From Myxococcota bacterium (GTDB lineage: Bacteria; Myxococcota_A; Polyangia; Polyangiales; Houyiibacteriaceae), in assembly GCA_039201085.1 (NCBI GenBank), contig JBCCRV010000003.1, positions 1 to 36,955 on the forward strand: a stretch of DNA of 36,955 nucleotides, given 5' to 3'. A program made the position numbers and the translations under genes. Shown piece by piece: positions 16,603-25,534 of this stretch; position 1 is the first letter of the stretch; each line of letters starts with the position of its first letter. A model generated the notes under the pieces. The model ran no database searches. It worked only from the letters and a program-made list of their open reading frames with translations, and was not told the DNA's origin.

Positions 16603-16651
16603 TGAAACAACCTGAAACACCGTCGGGCGCAACGCGCGCCAAGTTGAAACA
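16603..16651. promoter_or_regulatory. Putative upstream activator (EBP-binding) sites: three TGAAACA copies
   Basis: TGAAACA at 16603-16609, 16613-16619 and 16645-16651, between the two divergent sigma54 promoters. Confidence 0.55.
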
Positions 16652-16701
16652 CTCCGGCGACCCGCCTTCGACCCTTTGATGCCATCGCAGCCATGAGGCG
16701 C

Positions 16702-16717
16702 TGGCACTGTCCATGCA
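16702..16717 (+). promoter_or_regulatory. Sigma54 -24/-12 promoter for the persulfide dioxygenase-SulP operon
   Basis: TGGCACTGTCCATGCA immediately upstream of the ATG at 16731. Confidence 0.8.
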
Positions 16718-16730
16718 GAGCAATCGTGCC

Positions 16731-17597
16731 ATGGCCGAAGTGACACGGATTCAAGCCTTCTACGACCACGCCACCTTCACTTTGACCTACTTGGTCTCGA
16801 AGGGCTCGGACGCGCTGATCATCGACCCGGTGCTCGACTACGAGCCCGGGGCGTCGCGCGCGGACACCACCCAGCTGGAGCGCCTCGCCCAGGCCATCGA
16901 ATCGGAGGGCCTGCGGCTGCATGCCGTCTTCGAGACGCACGCCCATGCCGATCACCTGAGCGGCGGCCAATGGCTCAAGGCGCGATTCGGCGTGCCCGTG
17001 GTGATCGGCGAGCGCATTCGCGAGGTGCAAGCGGTGTTTAAGGGACTGTTCGAACTGGACGGACTTGCCACGGACGGCTCCCAGTTCGACCGATTGATTC
17101 ACGACGGGGAGACCGTGGCCTTCGGCGGCCTTGAAGTGGAAGCGCTGGCGACTCCGGGGCACACGCCCGCCTGCGTGAGCTACCGAATCGAGGACGCCGT
17201 GTTCACCGGCGATGCGCTCTTCATGCACGACTACGGCACGGGCCGATGCGACTTTCCTCGCGGAAGCGCCTCGGACCTCTACGAGAGCGTGCAGCGCCTC
17301 TACGCCCTCCCCGATGCGACGCGTGTGTTCGTCGGCCACGACTACCGTCCCGGCGGGCGGGAGGTGCAGTGGGAGACCACGATCGAAAAGAGCAAGCGGC
17401 TCAATCCCCAGCTCTCTGCGAATACCGCGAAGGACGACTTTGTCGCCTTCCGTGAGCAGCGCGACGCCCAGCTGGCGGCGCCCCGTCTGCTCTACCCGAG
17501 CGTTCAGATCAACGTGGACGCAGGCCGGCTGCCGGCGGCCAAAGACGGCAAGCGCTTTCTGAGGCTTCCTCTTCATGTCGCTGGCGACGCCACGTGA
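16731..17597 (+). CDS. MBL-fold persulfide dioxygenase (ETHE1/Blh-like)
   Basis: [72 protein letters not shown]. Confidence 0.9.
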   Translation: MAEVTRIQAFYDHATFTLTYLVSKGSDALIIDPVLDYEPGASRADTTQLERLAQAIESEGLRLHAVFETHAHADHLSGGQWLKARFGVPVVIGERIREVQAVFKGLFELDGLATDGSQFDRLIHDGETVAFGGLEVEALATPGHTPACVSYRIEDAVFTGDALFMHDYGTGRCDFPRGSASDLYESVQRLYALPDATRVFVGHDYRPGGREVQWETTIEKSKRLNPQLSANTAKDDFVAFREQRDAQLAAPRLLYPSVQINVDAGRLPAAKDGKRFLRLPLHVAGDAT

Positions 17598-19276
17598 CAG
17601 GACGGGCAGCGCCGAACACCGCTCGCCTTGGCCGCGATCTCGTCGCGGGCCTAACGACCGCTGTGCTGCTCGTTCCCCAATCGATGGCCTACGCCACGCT
17701 TGCCGGTCTGCCACCGATCGCGGGGCTCTACGCGTCGACGCTACCGCTCTTTACCTACGCGCTCTTCGGGCGCAGTCCCCGCCTTGCCATTGGACCGGTG
17801 GCGATGGACTCGCTGCTGACGGCCGCGACGGTGGGCGCGATCGCGGAGGCCGGTTCGAACGACTATATCGCGCTCGCGATCACCCTCGCGCTGCTCGTTG
17901 GCCTGATTCAGATCGCGCTCGGCCTGCTGCGCGCGGGCTTCCTCGTGAATTTTCTTTCGCGCCCTGTGATCGTGGGATTCACATCCGCGGCGGCCGTGGT
18001 GATCGCCGCGAGCCAGCTCGGAGCGCTCGCCGGCCTCGAGCTTCCGCGCGGCACGTCGGTCTTTGCGACGCTCGCGTCCTTTGCGGCGCGTGCGAGCGAG
18101 ACGCATCTTCCAACGCTGCTGCTATCCGGCGCGGCAATCGCACTGCTCGTCGCGCTCAAGCGCTTCGCGCCGAAAGTTCCGCGCGCCCTCGTCGTGGTCG
18201 CCCTTTCGGGCGGGTTGGCCATGGGCGCCGGGATCGCCACCGTCGGCGAAGTGCCCGCGGGGCTTCCTCCGCTCTCGCTACCTTCGATTCCCGCGTGGAG
18301 CACGGTGCTCGCGCTGCTCCCCGGGGCCCTTGCGATCGCGCTGATCGGTTTCATGGAGGCCGTGAGCGTGCACGCGGCCCTCGGTGCAAGCGGCCCGACG
18401 AACGCGGTTCCCATGAACGACGGTCCGATGAACGCGGACCGCGAACTCACCGCCCTCGGCGCCGCCAACGTCGCGGCGTCCTTCGTCGGTGCCTTCCCGC
18501 TGGCTGGCGGACTCTCGCGCAGCGCCGTGAACCACGACGCGGGGTCCAGCAGCCGCTGGGCCGGCGTTTTCACGGGCACCGCCGTCGTGCTCACGCTGCT
18601 CTTTTTCACGGGGCCGCTTGCGCTCATTCCAAAAGCGGCGCTGAGCGCGATCATCGTGGTGGCCGTGCTGGGCCTCATCGACCTGCGCGAACCCAAGCGC
18701 CTCTACCGCATCAAACGATCGGACCTGGCGATGCTCGCGCTGACCTTTGCCAGCACGCTGGCCTTCGGCATTCGTTGGGGCGCGCTCATCGGCGTGGGGC
18801 TTTCGCTACTTGCGCTCATTCACCGGGCCACCCGCCCGCACAGCGCGGTGCTCGGCAGGCTGCCGGGCACGGAGGTGTATCGCAACGTCGAGCGCTTTCC
18901 CGAAGCGATCACCCGGGAGGACACGCTGATCCTGCGCCTCGACGCGGAGGTCTTCTTTGGCAACGTGAACTTCCTGCACGAGCGAATGCAGTCCCTTGAA
19001 GGGTCGCGACCCGGACTGCAGCGCGTCGTGCTCGACGCGTCGGGCATCAATCAAATCGACGCCGCGGGCGAGCGCGCACTGCGCGAGCTCTACGAACGCT
19101 ACGAAGCCAAAGGAATCTGCTTCGTGCTGGCCGCCGTGAAGGGGCCCGTACGCGACGTCCTTCGGCGCTCGGGCTTGATGGACGAAATGGGGCCGTCCCG
19201 GTTCGTCCTGCGCACGCACGACGCCTTGGCGACCCCCGTGCCGACGAACCACACATGCCCGCGTCCCGGCGAGTGA
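17594..19276 (+). CDS. SulP family anion permease with STAS domain
   Basis: [49 protein letters not shown], and [23 protein letters not shown] overlap with the upstream gene. Confidence 0.95.
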   Translation: MTGRAAPNTARLGRDLVAGLTTAVLLVPQSMAYATLAGLPPIAGLYASTLPLFTYALFGRSPRLAIGPVAMDSLLTAATVGAIAEAGSNDYIALAITLALLVGLIQIALGLLRAGFLVNFLSRPVIVGFTSAAAVVIAASQLGALAGLELPRGTSVFATLASFAARASETHLPTLLLSGAAIALLVALKRFAPKVPRALVVVALSGGLAMGAGIATVGEVPAGLPPLSLPSIPAWSTVLALLPGALAIALIGFMEAVSVHAALGASGPTNAVPMNDGPMNADRELTALGAANVAASFVGAFPLAGGLSRSAVNHDAGSSSRWAGVFTGTAVVLTLLFFTGPLALIPKAALSAIIVVAVLGLIDLREPKRLYRIKRSDLAMLALTFASTLAFGIRWGALIGVGLSLLALIHRATRPHSAVLGRLPGTEVYRNVERFPEAITREDTLILRLDAEVFFGNVNFLHERMQSLEGSRPGLQRVVLDASGINQIDAAGERALRELYERYEAKGICFVLAAVKGPVRDVLRRSGLMDEMGPSRFVLRTHDALATPVPTNHTCPRPGE

Positions 19277-19277
19277 A

Positions 19278-19655
19278 TCACTCCGCAACGAACGCGTACG
19301 TAGCGAACGAGCAAACCTCACCTTCGTCGATCACATCTCGCGTGAAGGGTGGTGATTCGACGGCACCTTCGAAGAACACGCCGTCTCCTTCAATGCGAAC
19401 GACTTCTATCGAACGGAGGTCGTTGGGCTGATGACTAAGGCCTATGCTCCCCGTGTTGAGCAGCTCGACGAACTCGCCGGTCGCAAGCTGCCGCGTTTGC
19501 GGGGTCGCGATGGAAGTGTTCGTCCAGCGGACCGTAAGCGGGGAGGGAGAGCGATTCTCGACGAGAACCACCGTGCCCCCCGCGCATTCGTAGACCCGGC
19601 CGCAGTCGAGGCTCGTCACAAGAACCGCAAGGCTTGCGATCAAGGGTAAGTTCAT
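19278..19655 (-). CDS. Hypothetical exported/lipoprotein
   Basis: MNLPLIASLAVLVTSLDC signal-like N-terminus; fills the intergenic gap; visibly less GC-biased codons. Confidence 0.55.
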   Translation of the reverse strand: MNLPLIASLAVLVTSLDCGRVYECAGGTVVLVENRSPSPLTVRWTNTSIATPQTRQLATGEFVELLNTGSIGLSHQPNDLRSIEVVRIEGDGVFFEGAVESPPFTRDVIDEGEVCSFATYAFVAE

Positions 19656-19756
19656 GCGCTCGACCGTATGGCACGCACAATCACGGCGCATCGCACACTC
19701 CCTTAGCTTCCCTTAGCGCATCGAAGCGCTTGACGGGCGAGGTGGCGGACCCAGGA

Positions 19757-19792
19757 CTTGAACGCGTTCAACAAAAGTTGAACGCGTTCAAG
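19757..19792. promoter_or_regulatory. Double palindromic operator (TTGAACGCGTTCAA x2), TetR-type
   Basis: Perfect 14-bp palindrome at 19758-19771 and again at 19778-19791. It abuts the AGGAGG RBS of the gene starting at 19803. Confidence 0.85.
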
Positions 19793-19802
19793 GAGGTTCA
19801 AA

Positions 19803-20234
19803 ATGCCCTACGTATATGCCTTTTACCTGGCCTTCAGCGCCGTCCTGACGGTTTTTCTGGCCCGAACCCTCTTTCGCCACGGCGAGGTGTTGCTCGCCGA
19901 CGTCTTCGAAGAAAAGGCGATGGCCCAAGCCGTGAATCGCTTGCTCGTCGTCGGCTTCTACCTCGTCAACTTCGGCTACGCCCTTTGGATGATGGCCGGC
20001 GGACACGTCGACTCGGTTCAGTCCGCCGTGGAGACCCTCGCGAGCAAACTCGGGCTGCTCTTGCTCAGTCTCGCCGCCATGCACTTCTTCAACCTCTTCC
20101 TCTTTCATCGGATCCGTCGACGCCTTCGGGTCACGCAGCTCCGGGCGCCCGTCGCGCCGCACGGTCACATGCCGGCCGCGCACCAAGGGCACGCCCAGGC
20201 GCAGTGGAGCCGGGCGGGTCAGGGAGCCGGCTAG
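19803..20234 (+). CDS. Conserved 3-TM membrane protein (type usually found with TetR and DUF393)
   Basis: YLAFSAVLTVFLARTLFRHGEVLLADVF...AVNRLLVVGFYLVNFGY...KLGLLLLSLAAMHFFN; strong RBS. Confidence 0.85.
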   Translation: MPYVYAFYLAFSAVLTVFLARTLFRHGEVLLADVFEEKAMAQAVNRLLVVGFYLVNFGYALWMMAGGHVDSVQSAVETLASKLGLLLLSLAAMHFFNLFLFHRIRRRLRVTQLRAPVAPHGHMPAAHQGHAQAQWSRAGQGAG

Positions 20235-20642
20235 GTGAAGTGCGACGCCTATGCGCGGCCGGATTCGGCCGCGCTCGTCGTCTACTACGACGCGCAGTGC
20301 AGCTTCTGCCGCGCCTGCGCTCGCTGGCTCGAGCGTCAGCCGGCGCTGCTCTCGCTGCAGTGCATGCCATCTCACGCGGGCATTCCTTCCGCGGGTAAGG
20401 AGCTGGTTGTCGTGGTGAGCGACGGTCGCTACTGGATAGGACCGGCGGCCTTCGTGATGTGCCTCTGGGCCCTCGCCGGCTTTCACTGGCTGGTTCCTTG
20501 GCTGCTAAGCGCGCCAACGCTGACGTACCGCTTCTTCAACTGGGTCGGCACCCGCCGCGGCACCTTCGCGAGGTGGTTTCGCACCGCCACGCATCAGCGC
20601 GGCGAAGCCCCAGGCTGCGCAAGCTGCTCGATCTACCGTTGA
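20235..20642 (+). CDS. DCC1-like thiol-disulfide oxidoreductase (DUF393)
   Basis: VVYYDAQCSFC (DxxCxxC) motif, then ELVVVVSDGRYWIGPAAFVMCLWAL. Directly follows the previous stop codon. Confidence 0.85.
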   Translation: MKCDAYARPDSAALVVYYDAQCSFCRACARWLERQPALLSLQCMPSHAGIPSAGKELVVVVSDGRYWIGPAAFVMCLWALAGFHWLVPWLLSAPTLTYRFFNWVGTRRGTFARWFRTATHQRGEAPGCASCSIYR

Positions 20643-20733
20643 GCTGCCCGCCTGGCTCAGGTTCTCAAGCAGGTTGTGTGGAGTTCGGCGCCCGCCGCTC
20701 GAGCCCTGTGCCCCAAGGTAGACTCGGGCCGCT

Positions 20734-20893
20734 CTAGCCCAGAAAAGTCACCATCCGACGCGCCCTCGTACATTTCCTGAACATCACGGCTCCGCTCATC
20801 GCTAAAATACACCGTGTATTCGTCGCTCTTCGCGAAAGCGCGAGTCCAGGACTTGCACGATCATCGCGCCGGCTGGTGACTTTTCCGGGCTAG
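20734..20893. mobile_element. 160-bp MITE-like element with imperfect terminal inverted repeats bounded by CTAG
   Basis: Left end ctagcccagaaaagtcaccatccgacgcg versus reverse complement of right end ctagcccggaaaagtcaccagccggcgcg (26/29 identical). Weaker similarity continues inward; no ORF. Confidence 0.6.
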
Positions 20894-20907
20894 CCGAGCG
20901 CGGTCGG

Positions 20908-22083
20908 TCAGCTGCGCGCGAGGCCCCGCAGCCTTCGGCGCGCTTCCTTCGTCAGGCGGTAGCGCCCTCGCACATCGGTCGGTTCGAGCACCTTCGAGCG
21001 AAGCCATCCGGAGATGGTTCCCGCCGAAACGCCATCGTCGAGCAGCTCGGCGCGCGTGGCGATTTTCCGCCGTGTCCAGTTGGTCGGCTTGGACGCGGGG
21101 ATCGCGGCTACGGCCTCCTTGGCGCCCAGCGTCCGCTTCTGCTTCCCTCCAGCCGCCTTCGTGCGCTGCACCGGCGATTGCGTCTTCTTCGTGGACCCGT
21201 GCGCCGTCGGGCGTCGGGTGGACGTCTTCTTCGTGGAAACGCGGCGTGCCTTGGTTCTTCGCGCTGGAGTCGGCGCCGGCGCGTTCTTCTTCTTCGTCTT
21301 CTTCTTCGAGACGCGGGACGCCTTCGATTCTGCCTTCGAACGCGTCGCGGGCGCCTCCTCGGCGCGCGGTGCTTCGGCAAGCACCGGCTCCACGGCGGTG
21401 GTACTTGCGACGGCGACACCAAAGATCGCCGCGAGATCGCCCTCAAGGCGGTTCGGCTGCTCGTGTCCTCGAGCGAGTTGCGAACCCGCCACCCATTGCT
21501 CCGCCGGCGCGCCGCGCAGCTCGAAGAGCAGCTCGGGCTTGCTGTCGAGTCGCACGCCCACGCCGTAGAACACGGCGGCAACGTGCTTGCACACGTAGGC
21601 GCCGTCGGGGCAGGTGCAGCCGAACCGGATCTCGTCCGGCGACGGGAAGAGGCCGGCATGGGGATCGGTGACGAGCGACATCACCTCCGCGCCGAGTTTT
21701 CCTTGCAGCAACTCGACCACCGACGGAAGCCCGCGGAGCTTCAACGCCAGCGCCGCTCGGCGCTCGTCGGCGAGGGGCGCAATGGTGATGCCCACTTCGT
21801 AGAGGTACGAGCCCTGCACATGGGCGGAGATTCGCCCGCGCTCGATCCAGAGATCGACGACGGAACCGCTTCGGAGGTAGGTCCGGCCACGCGGAAGCCG
21901 GTTCTCCATGTCTCCATGTTCTTCCAGGTGCGAGCACCAGGCGCGCCCCCAGAACGTCTCGGCAACGCGCTGGCGGCGCGCCGGCGCTCGAACGGGCAGC
22001 GCATCACGACCGAGCCTGCGACGCAGCGCCTCAGGATCGATGTGGTGCGACCGCCTCGCACGCCTGCGATACCAGCTAGCCAA
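20908..22083 (-). CDS. SWIM zinc-finger protein with Lys/Thr-rich tail
   Basis: TFWGRAWC..LE...NRLPRGRTYLR.G.V, VQGS..Y.V.I, GLFP...EI.FGCTCPD.AYVCKHVAAVFYGVG.RLD..PELLF.LRG. A probable TTG start at 22083 overlaps the SNF2 stop; the ORF track start is 22161. Confidence 0.9.
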   Translation of the reverse strand: MASWYRRRARRSHHIDPEALRRRLGRDALPVRAPARRQRVAETFWGRAWCSHLEEHGDMENRLPRGRTYLRSGSVVDLWIERGRISAHVQGSYLYEVGITIAPLADERRAALALKLRGLPSVVELLQGKLGAEVMSLVTDPHAGLFPSPDEIRFGCTCPDGAYVCKHVAAVFYGVGVRLDSKPELLFELRGAPAEQWVAGSQLARGHEQPNRLEGDLAAIFGVAVASTTAVEPVLAEAPRAEEAPATRSKAESKASRVSKKKTKKKNAPAPTPARRTKARRVSTKKTSTRRPTAHGSTKKTQSPVQRTKAAGGKQKRTLGAKEAVAAIPASKPTNWTRRKIATRAELLDDGVSAGTISGWLRSKVLEPTDVRGRYRLTKEARRRLRGLARS

Positions 22084-24718
22084 CGAGCATGCCTCGCGGG
22101 TCGCGCCGAAGGAGCACAAGGAGCTCGTCGCCCTCCAGCTCCGTAAGGCCTTTCGAAGCATCGCCGGCCAGAATTTTGCCGGCCAGCGCCTTCTTTTCTT
22201 CGATCATCGCGTTGATTCGTTCCTCGAAGGTGCCCCGACACACGAACTTGTGCACCAGGACGTTTCGCTTCTGGCCGATGCGGTACGCACGGTCCGTAGC
22301 CTGGGCTTCCACGGCAGGGTTCCACCAGCGATCGAAGTGCACCACGTGCGTCGCGGCCGTGAGGTTAAGACCGGTGCCGCCCGCCTTGAGTGAGATCACA
22401 AAAAAAGGCGGGCCGTCGGGCTTTTGAAACGCGTCGACCAGGCCGCTTCGCCGGCGTACCGGCGTTCCGCCATGAAGCAAGAGGCCAGGACGCTCAAAAA
22501 CACTGGCCAAAAACCGCGAGAGTGGACCCGTGAGCGAGCGGAACTGGGTAAATACGAGCACCTTCTGCTGACGGGCCGCGATGGGCTCGCAGAGTTCCCG
22601 CAGCCGGAGCCACTTGCCGCTCTCCGCCTCTTTATACCGGTCGGCACGAAGCCACTGGTCCGGGTGGTTGCAGATCTGCTTGAAGCGCTGGAGGTAGGCG
22701 AGGACCAGGCCGCGCCTCTCCATGCCGTCGGCCTCTTCGAGCTCGCGCGCGAGCGACGCCACGGACTCGTCGTAGAGCGCCGCTTGCTTTTTGCTGAGCG
22801 CGCAGAAGGTGGTCACTTCGGTCTTGTCGGGCAGGTCAGGCGCCACTTCCGGGTCGGTCTTCATTCGGCGAAGGAGATAGGGGCGAATCAATCGGCGAAG
22901 GGGCGCGTAGCCGTTCTTTGACGTCGCCATGCGACGCGTAAACGCTTTGAACTCCGCCGCGCTTCCGAGGAGGCCCGGCATCAGAAAGTCGTACAGCGAC
23001 CAGAGGTCGCCCAAGCGGTTCTCAACGGGCGTGCCGGTGAGCGCAATGCGCGCCCTACTTTGCAGGGACTTGACCGCTCGGGTCTGACGGGCGCTAGGGT
23101 TCTTGATCGCCTGTGCTTCGTCGAGCACCACCACGCCCCAAAGGCGATCGCGAAGCCACGCCGTGCGCGTGAGCGTGCCGTAGGTGGTGATCACCGCGTC
23201 CGCGCCTGCAGCGTCGGCCTCCATGGCTCGCCACGTTCCCCGGGAACGGTGGGCGACGACCACCTTCAGCGAGGGTGCGAAACGCGCTGCCTCTGACTCC
23301 CAGTTTCCGATGAGCGAAGCGGGCACAACGAGCATGTGGGGACCGGGCTGTCGACGCTTGACGATCAGCAGCAGGGCGAGAATCTGCATGGTCTTGCCGA
23401 GGCCCATATCGTCGGCGAGGCAGCCCCCGAGGCCGAGGGCGACGAGCCGGTCCAGCCACGCGACTCCTTCGCGCTGATAGCCGCGTAGGGACGCGCGAAG
23501 GGCCCGCCCCGGCTTGGCTCGCCCGGACTTCGGCGCGAGCAGCTTCGCGACCTGCGCCTCCAGCCACGTTCCGGACACAAACTCCAACCAGTCCTCGGCG
23601 GTGTTGTCCTCGTCGTCGAGCCCGTCCGCGACCATCGACTCGTCGCCGATCCCGGCGAGCAATCGCATGCCCTCCGCAAAGGTGAACTGGCCGCGTTCCG
23701 CCGCTTCCTGAACCTGGTCGAAGTGCGTTAGGAGGCCGTTGAGTCGCTCAGGATCGGCGTCCACCCAGCGCCCGCGAAGGAAGCGGAGCCCCTTCGTTCC
23801 TTCCAGTAGCTCGTCCACCTCAGCCTTCGTCAGCGGCTCTCCGTCCAGGGTCAGCTCCACCCGAAAGTCGAGGAGGGACGCGACGCCCAGCGCTCCGCCT
23901 GCGGGCGCTTCGCCGATCCGTCCGCGCACCTGCACGCTCCGACGCTTCGCTCGCCACCAATCGGGTATGCGAACGACGACACCTGCGCTTTCGCAGGCGG
24001 GCACGTCCGAAAGGAATGCGCGCGCCGACCCGGCGGTCCATCGCGCGGGGTGGTAGATCGCACCACTATCGACTTGATCGGCAACAAAGGCGCTGGCGCT
24101 TGCGGCATCGCGGAGCGGACGGAGCAAGCGGAGAAGGCCGTCGCGATCGTCGCTGTAGACTTCGAGGGCCTGGCTAAGGGGGCGGTGGAGCGGTCGGCCG
24201 TCGGCGGCGACGCCGTCTACGTAGCTCGCCAGAAACGCGAAGGGAAACGCCGGGTCGCCGCGGTTCTCGGCCAGATGAAACACGACGCGCCCCACGGAGC
24301 GCCATGAAGGGTGCTTCTCGGAAACCCAGTTCGCGACGCGATCGTCGTGCTTGGCGAGCTCCTCCGTGGCGGTATCGCCCATGGCGCGCCACGCGTGGAT
24401 GAGTGTCGCTGCGCTCAGGTATTCACCGCCCACGATGGGAGGCGCCGAACCTACGAGCGCCGCAAGCGTCGACGGTGCGTCGCTCAGGACTCCGGTGCGG
24501 CAGAGCTCCGAAAGGAAGCGACGTCCGATCTCGCGGCCGAAGCCAAGGTCGAGGGGCAGTTCGCCATGGAGCTCAGCCGACGCAAGGTGGACCAGACCCG
24601 CGCCGAGTCCATCGCCGAAGGCGAGACGAAGGGCCTTTTCTCTCGCAGCGCTGAGGCCCAGAGGCCCGTCCGCTCGAAACGTCAGTTCGCCCTCAGGTGT
24701 GACCGTAAGCGCCTGCAC
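22076..24718 (-). CDS. SNF2/SWI2-family helicase-like ATPase
   Basis: LRGYQREG, LADDMGLGKT, VVPASLIGNW, LDEAQAIKN, LTGTPVENRL, SLKAGGTGLNLT, DRWWNPAVEAQATDRAYRIGQ. Confidence 0.96.
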   Translation of the reverse strand: MQALTVTPEGELTFRADGPLGLSAAREKALRLAFGDGLGAGLVHLASAELHGELPLDLGFGREIGRRFLSELCRTGVLSDAPSTLAALVGSAPPIVGGEYLSAATLIHAWRAMGDTATEELAKHDDRVANWVSEKHPSWRSVGRVVFHLAENRGDPAFPFAFLASYVDGVAADGRPLHRPLSQALEVYSDDRDGLLRLLRPLRDAASASAFVADQVDSGAIYHPARWTAGSARAFLSDVPACESAGVVVRIPDWWRAKRRSVQVRGRIGEAPAGGALGVASLLDFRVELTLDGEPLTKAEVDELLEGTKGLRFLRGRWVDADPERLNGLLTHFDQVQEAAERGQFTFAEGMRLLAGIGDESMVADGLDDEDNTAEDWLEFVSGTWLEAQVAKLLAPKSGRAKPGRALRASLRGYQREGVAWLDRLVALGLGGCLADDMGLGKTMQILALLLIVKRRQPGPHMLVVPASLIGNWESEAARFAPSLKVVVAHRSRGTWRAMEADAAGADAVITTYGTLTRTAWLRDRLWGVVVLDEAQAIKNPSARQTRAVKSLQSRARIALTGTPVENRLGDLWSLYDFLMPGLLGSAAEFKAFTRRMATSKNGYAPLRRLIRPYLLRRMKTDPEVAPDLPDKTEVTTFCALSKKQAALYDESVASLARELEEADGMERRGLVLAYLQRFKQICNHPDQWLRADRYKEAESGKWLRLRELCEPIAARQQKVLVFTQFRSLTGPLSRFLASVFERPGLLLHGGTPVRRRSGLVDAFQKPDGPPFFVISLKAGGTGLNLTAATHVVHFDRWWNPAVEAQATDRAYRIGQKRNVLVHKFVCRGTFEERINAMIEEKKALAGKILAGDASKGLTELEGDELLVLLRRDPRGMLVG

Positions 24719-24818
24719 AGCGGAAGGCTATTGCATGCGCTCCTATCAGCAAGCGACAAACGCTTAGAGCCGAGGTAGCTGCGCTCGCCGGCCACCTTCG
24801 CGTACGCTCTCGGCGGAG

Positions 24819-25478
24819 ATGCGCGCGGGCGAACGAAAGCGGGAACTCATCTACGCGACGGCGATGGAGCTCTTTCGCACGAAGGGCTTCGAGGACACGA
24901 CGATGCGCGGCATCGCTGAGCGGGCGGGCATCTCGCTGGGGAGCGCTTACCATTACTACGCGTCGAAGGCCGCCATCGTGTTCGACTACTACAGCCGCCT
25001 TCAAGCGGAACACGAGGCGCACGTCGAGTCGCTCTACGACGAAGCCATGGAAGTCGAAGCGCGGCTCGTTGCCGTCACGAAGCTCAAGCTCGAGCTGGCG
25101 CGCCCAGACCGCAAGCTTCTCATCGAAGTCGCCACGGCGCTCGTGCGACCGGGCGATAAGCTCTCGGCCTTTTCCGAGGAGAACACGGACATTCGCAACC
25201 GATCGATCGACGTCTTCGCCCGCGCCATCGAAGCCGTTCCGCTCACCGAAGAGCAGCGGCACGCGTTCGCGTCGCTCATCTGGGTCGCCCACCTCGGCAT
25301 CTTCCTCTACTTCGTGCATGACGAATCGCACGAGCAAGCGCGCACCTTTGCGCTGGTCGAGGACGCGGCCCGCTTGCTCACGCCCCTGCTTTTCCTGGCG
25401 ACGACGACCATGGCCGCCCCCGTCGCCGAGGCCGCCTTTGCCGCCATCGCCAAGGCGGGCCTGCTGCCGAAATCGTAG
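24819..25478 (+). CDS. TetR/AcrR family regulator
   Basis: AMELFRTKGFEDTTMRGIAERAGISLGSAYHYYASK HTH; C-terminal LSAFSEE...YFVHDES..QART (TetR_C_23-like). Confidence 0.93.
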   Translation: MRAGERKRELIYATAMELFRTKGFEDTTMRGIAERAGISLGSAYHYYASKAAIVFDYYSRLQAEHEAHVESLYDEAMEVEARLVAVTKLKLELARPDRKLLIEVATALVRPGDKLSAFSEENTDIRNRSIDVFARAIEAVPLTEEQRHAFASLIWVAHLGIFLYFVHDESHEQARTFALVEDAARLLTPLLFLATTTMAAPVAEAAFAAIAKAGLLPKS

Positions 25479-25534
25479 CGCGCCCGCCCGTCATCACGTT
25501 CAGCGCACACAATCCCAGAAGCACCCATCAACCC

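Noticed and set aside
16543-16746. N-terminal extensions of the YeeE (to 16746) and PDO (from 16713) ORFs in the track
   Set aside because: They would overlap the sigma54 promoters; family-like sequence begins at 16542 and 16731.
17575-18999. 474-aa same-strand alternative-frame ORF over SulP
   Set aside because: Arg/Gly/Pro-rich frameshifted shadow with no motifs; the SulP frame is intact.
20712-24779. ccaaggtag / ccgaggtag as a target-site duplication flanking the SWIM-SNF2 cassette
   Set aside because: Short, imperfect and expected by chance in GC-rich DNA.
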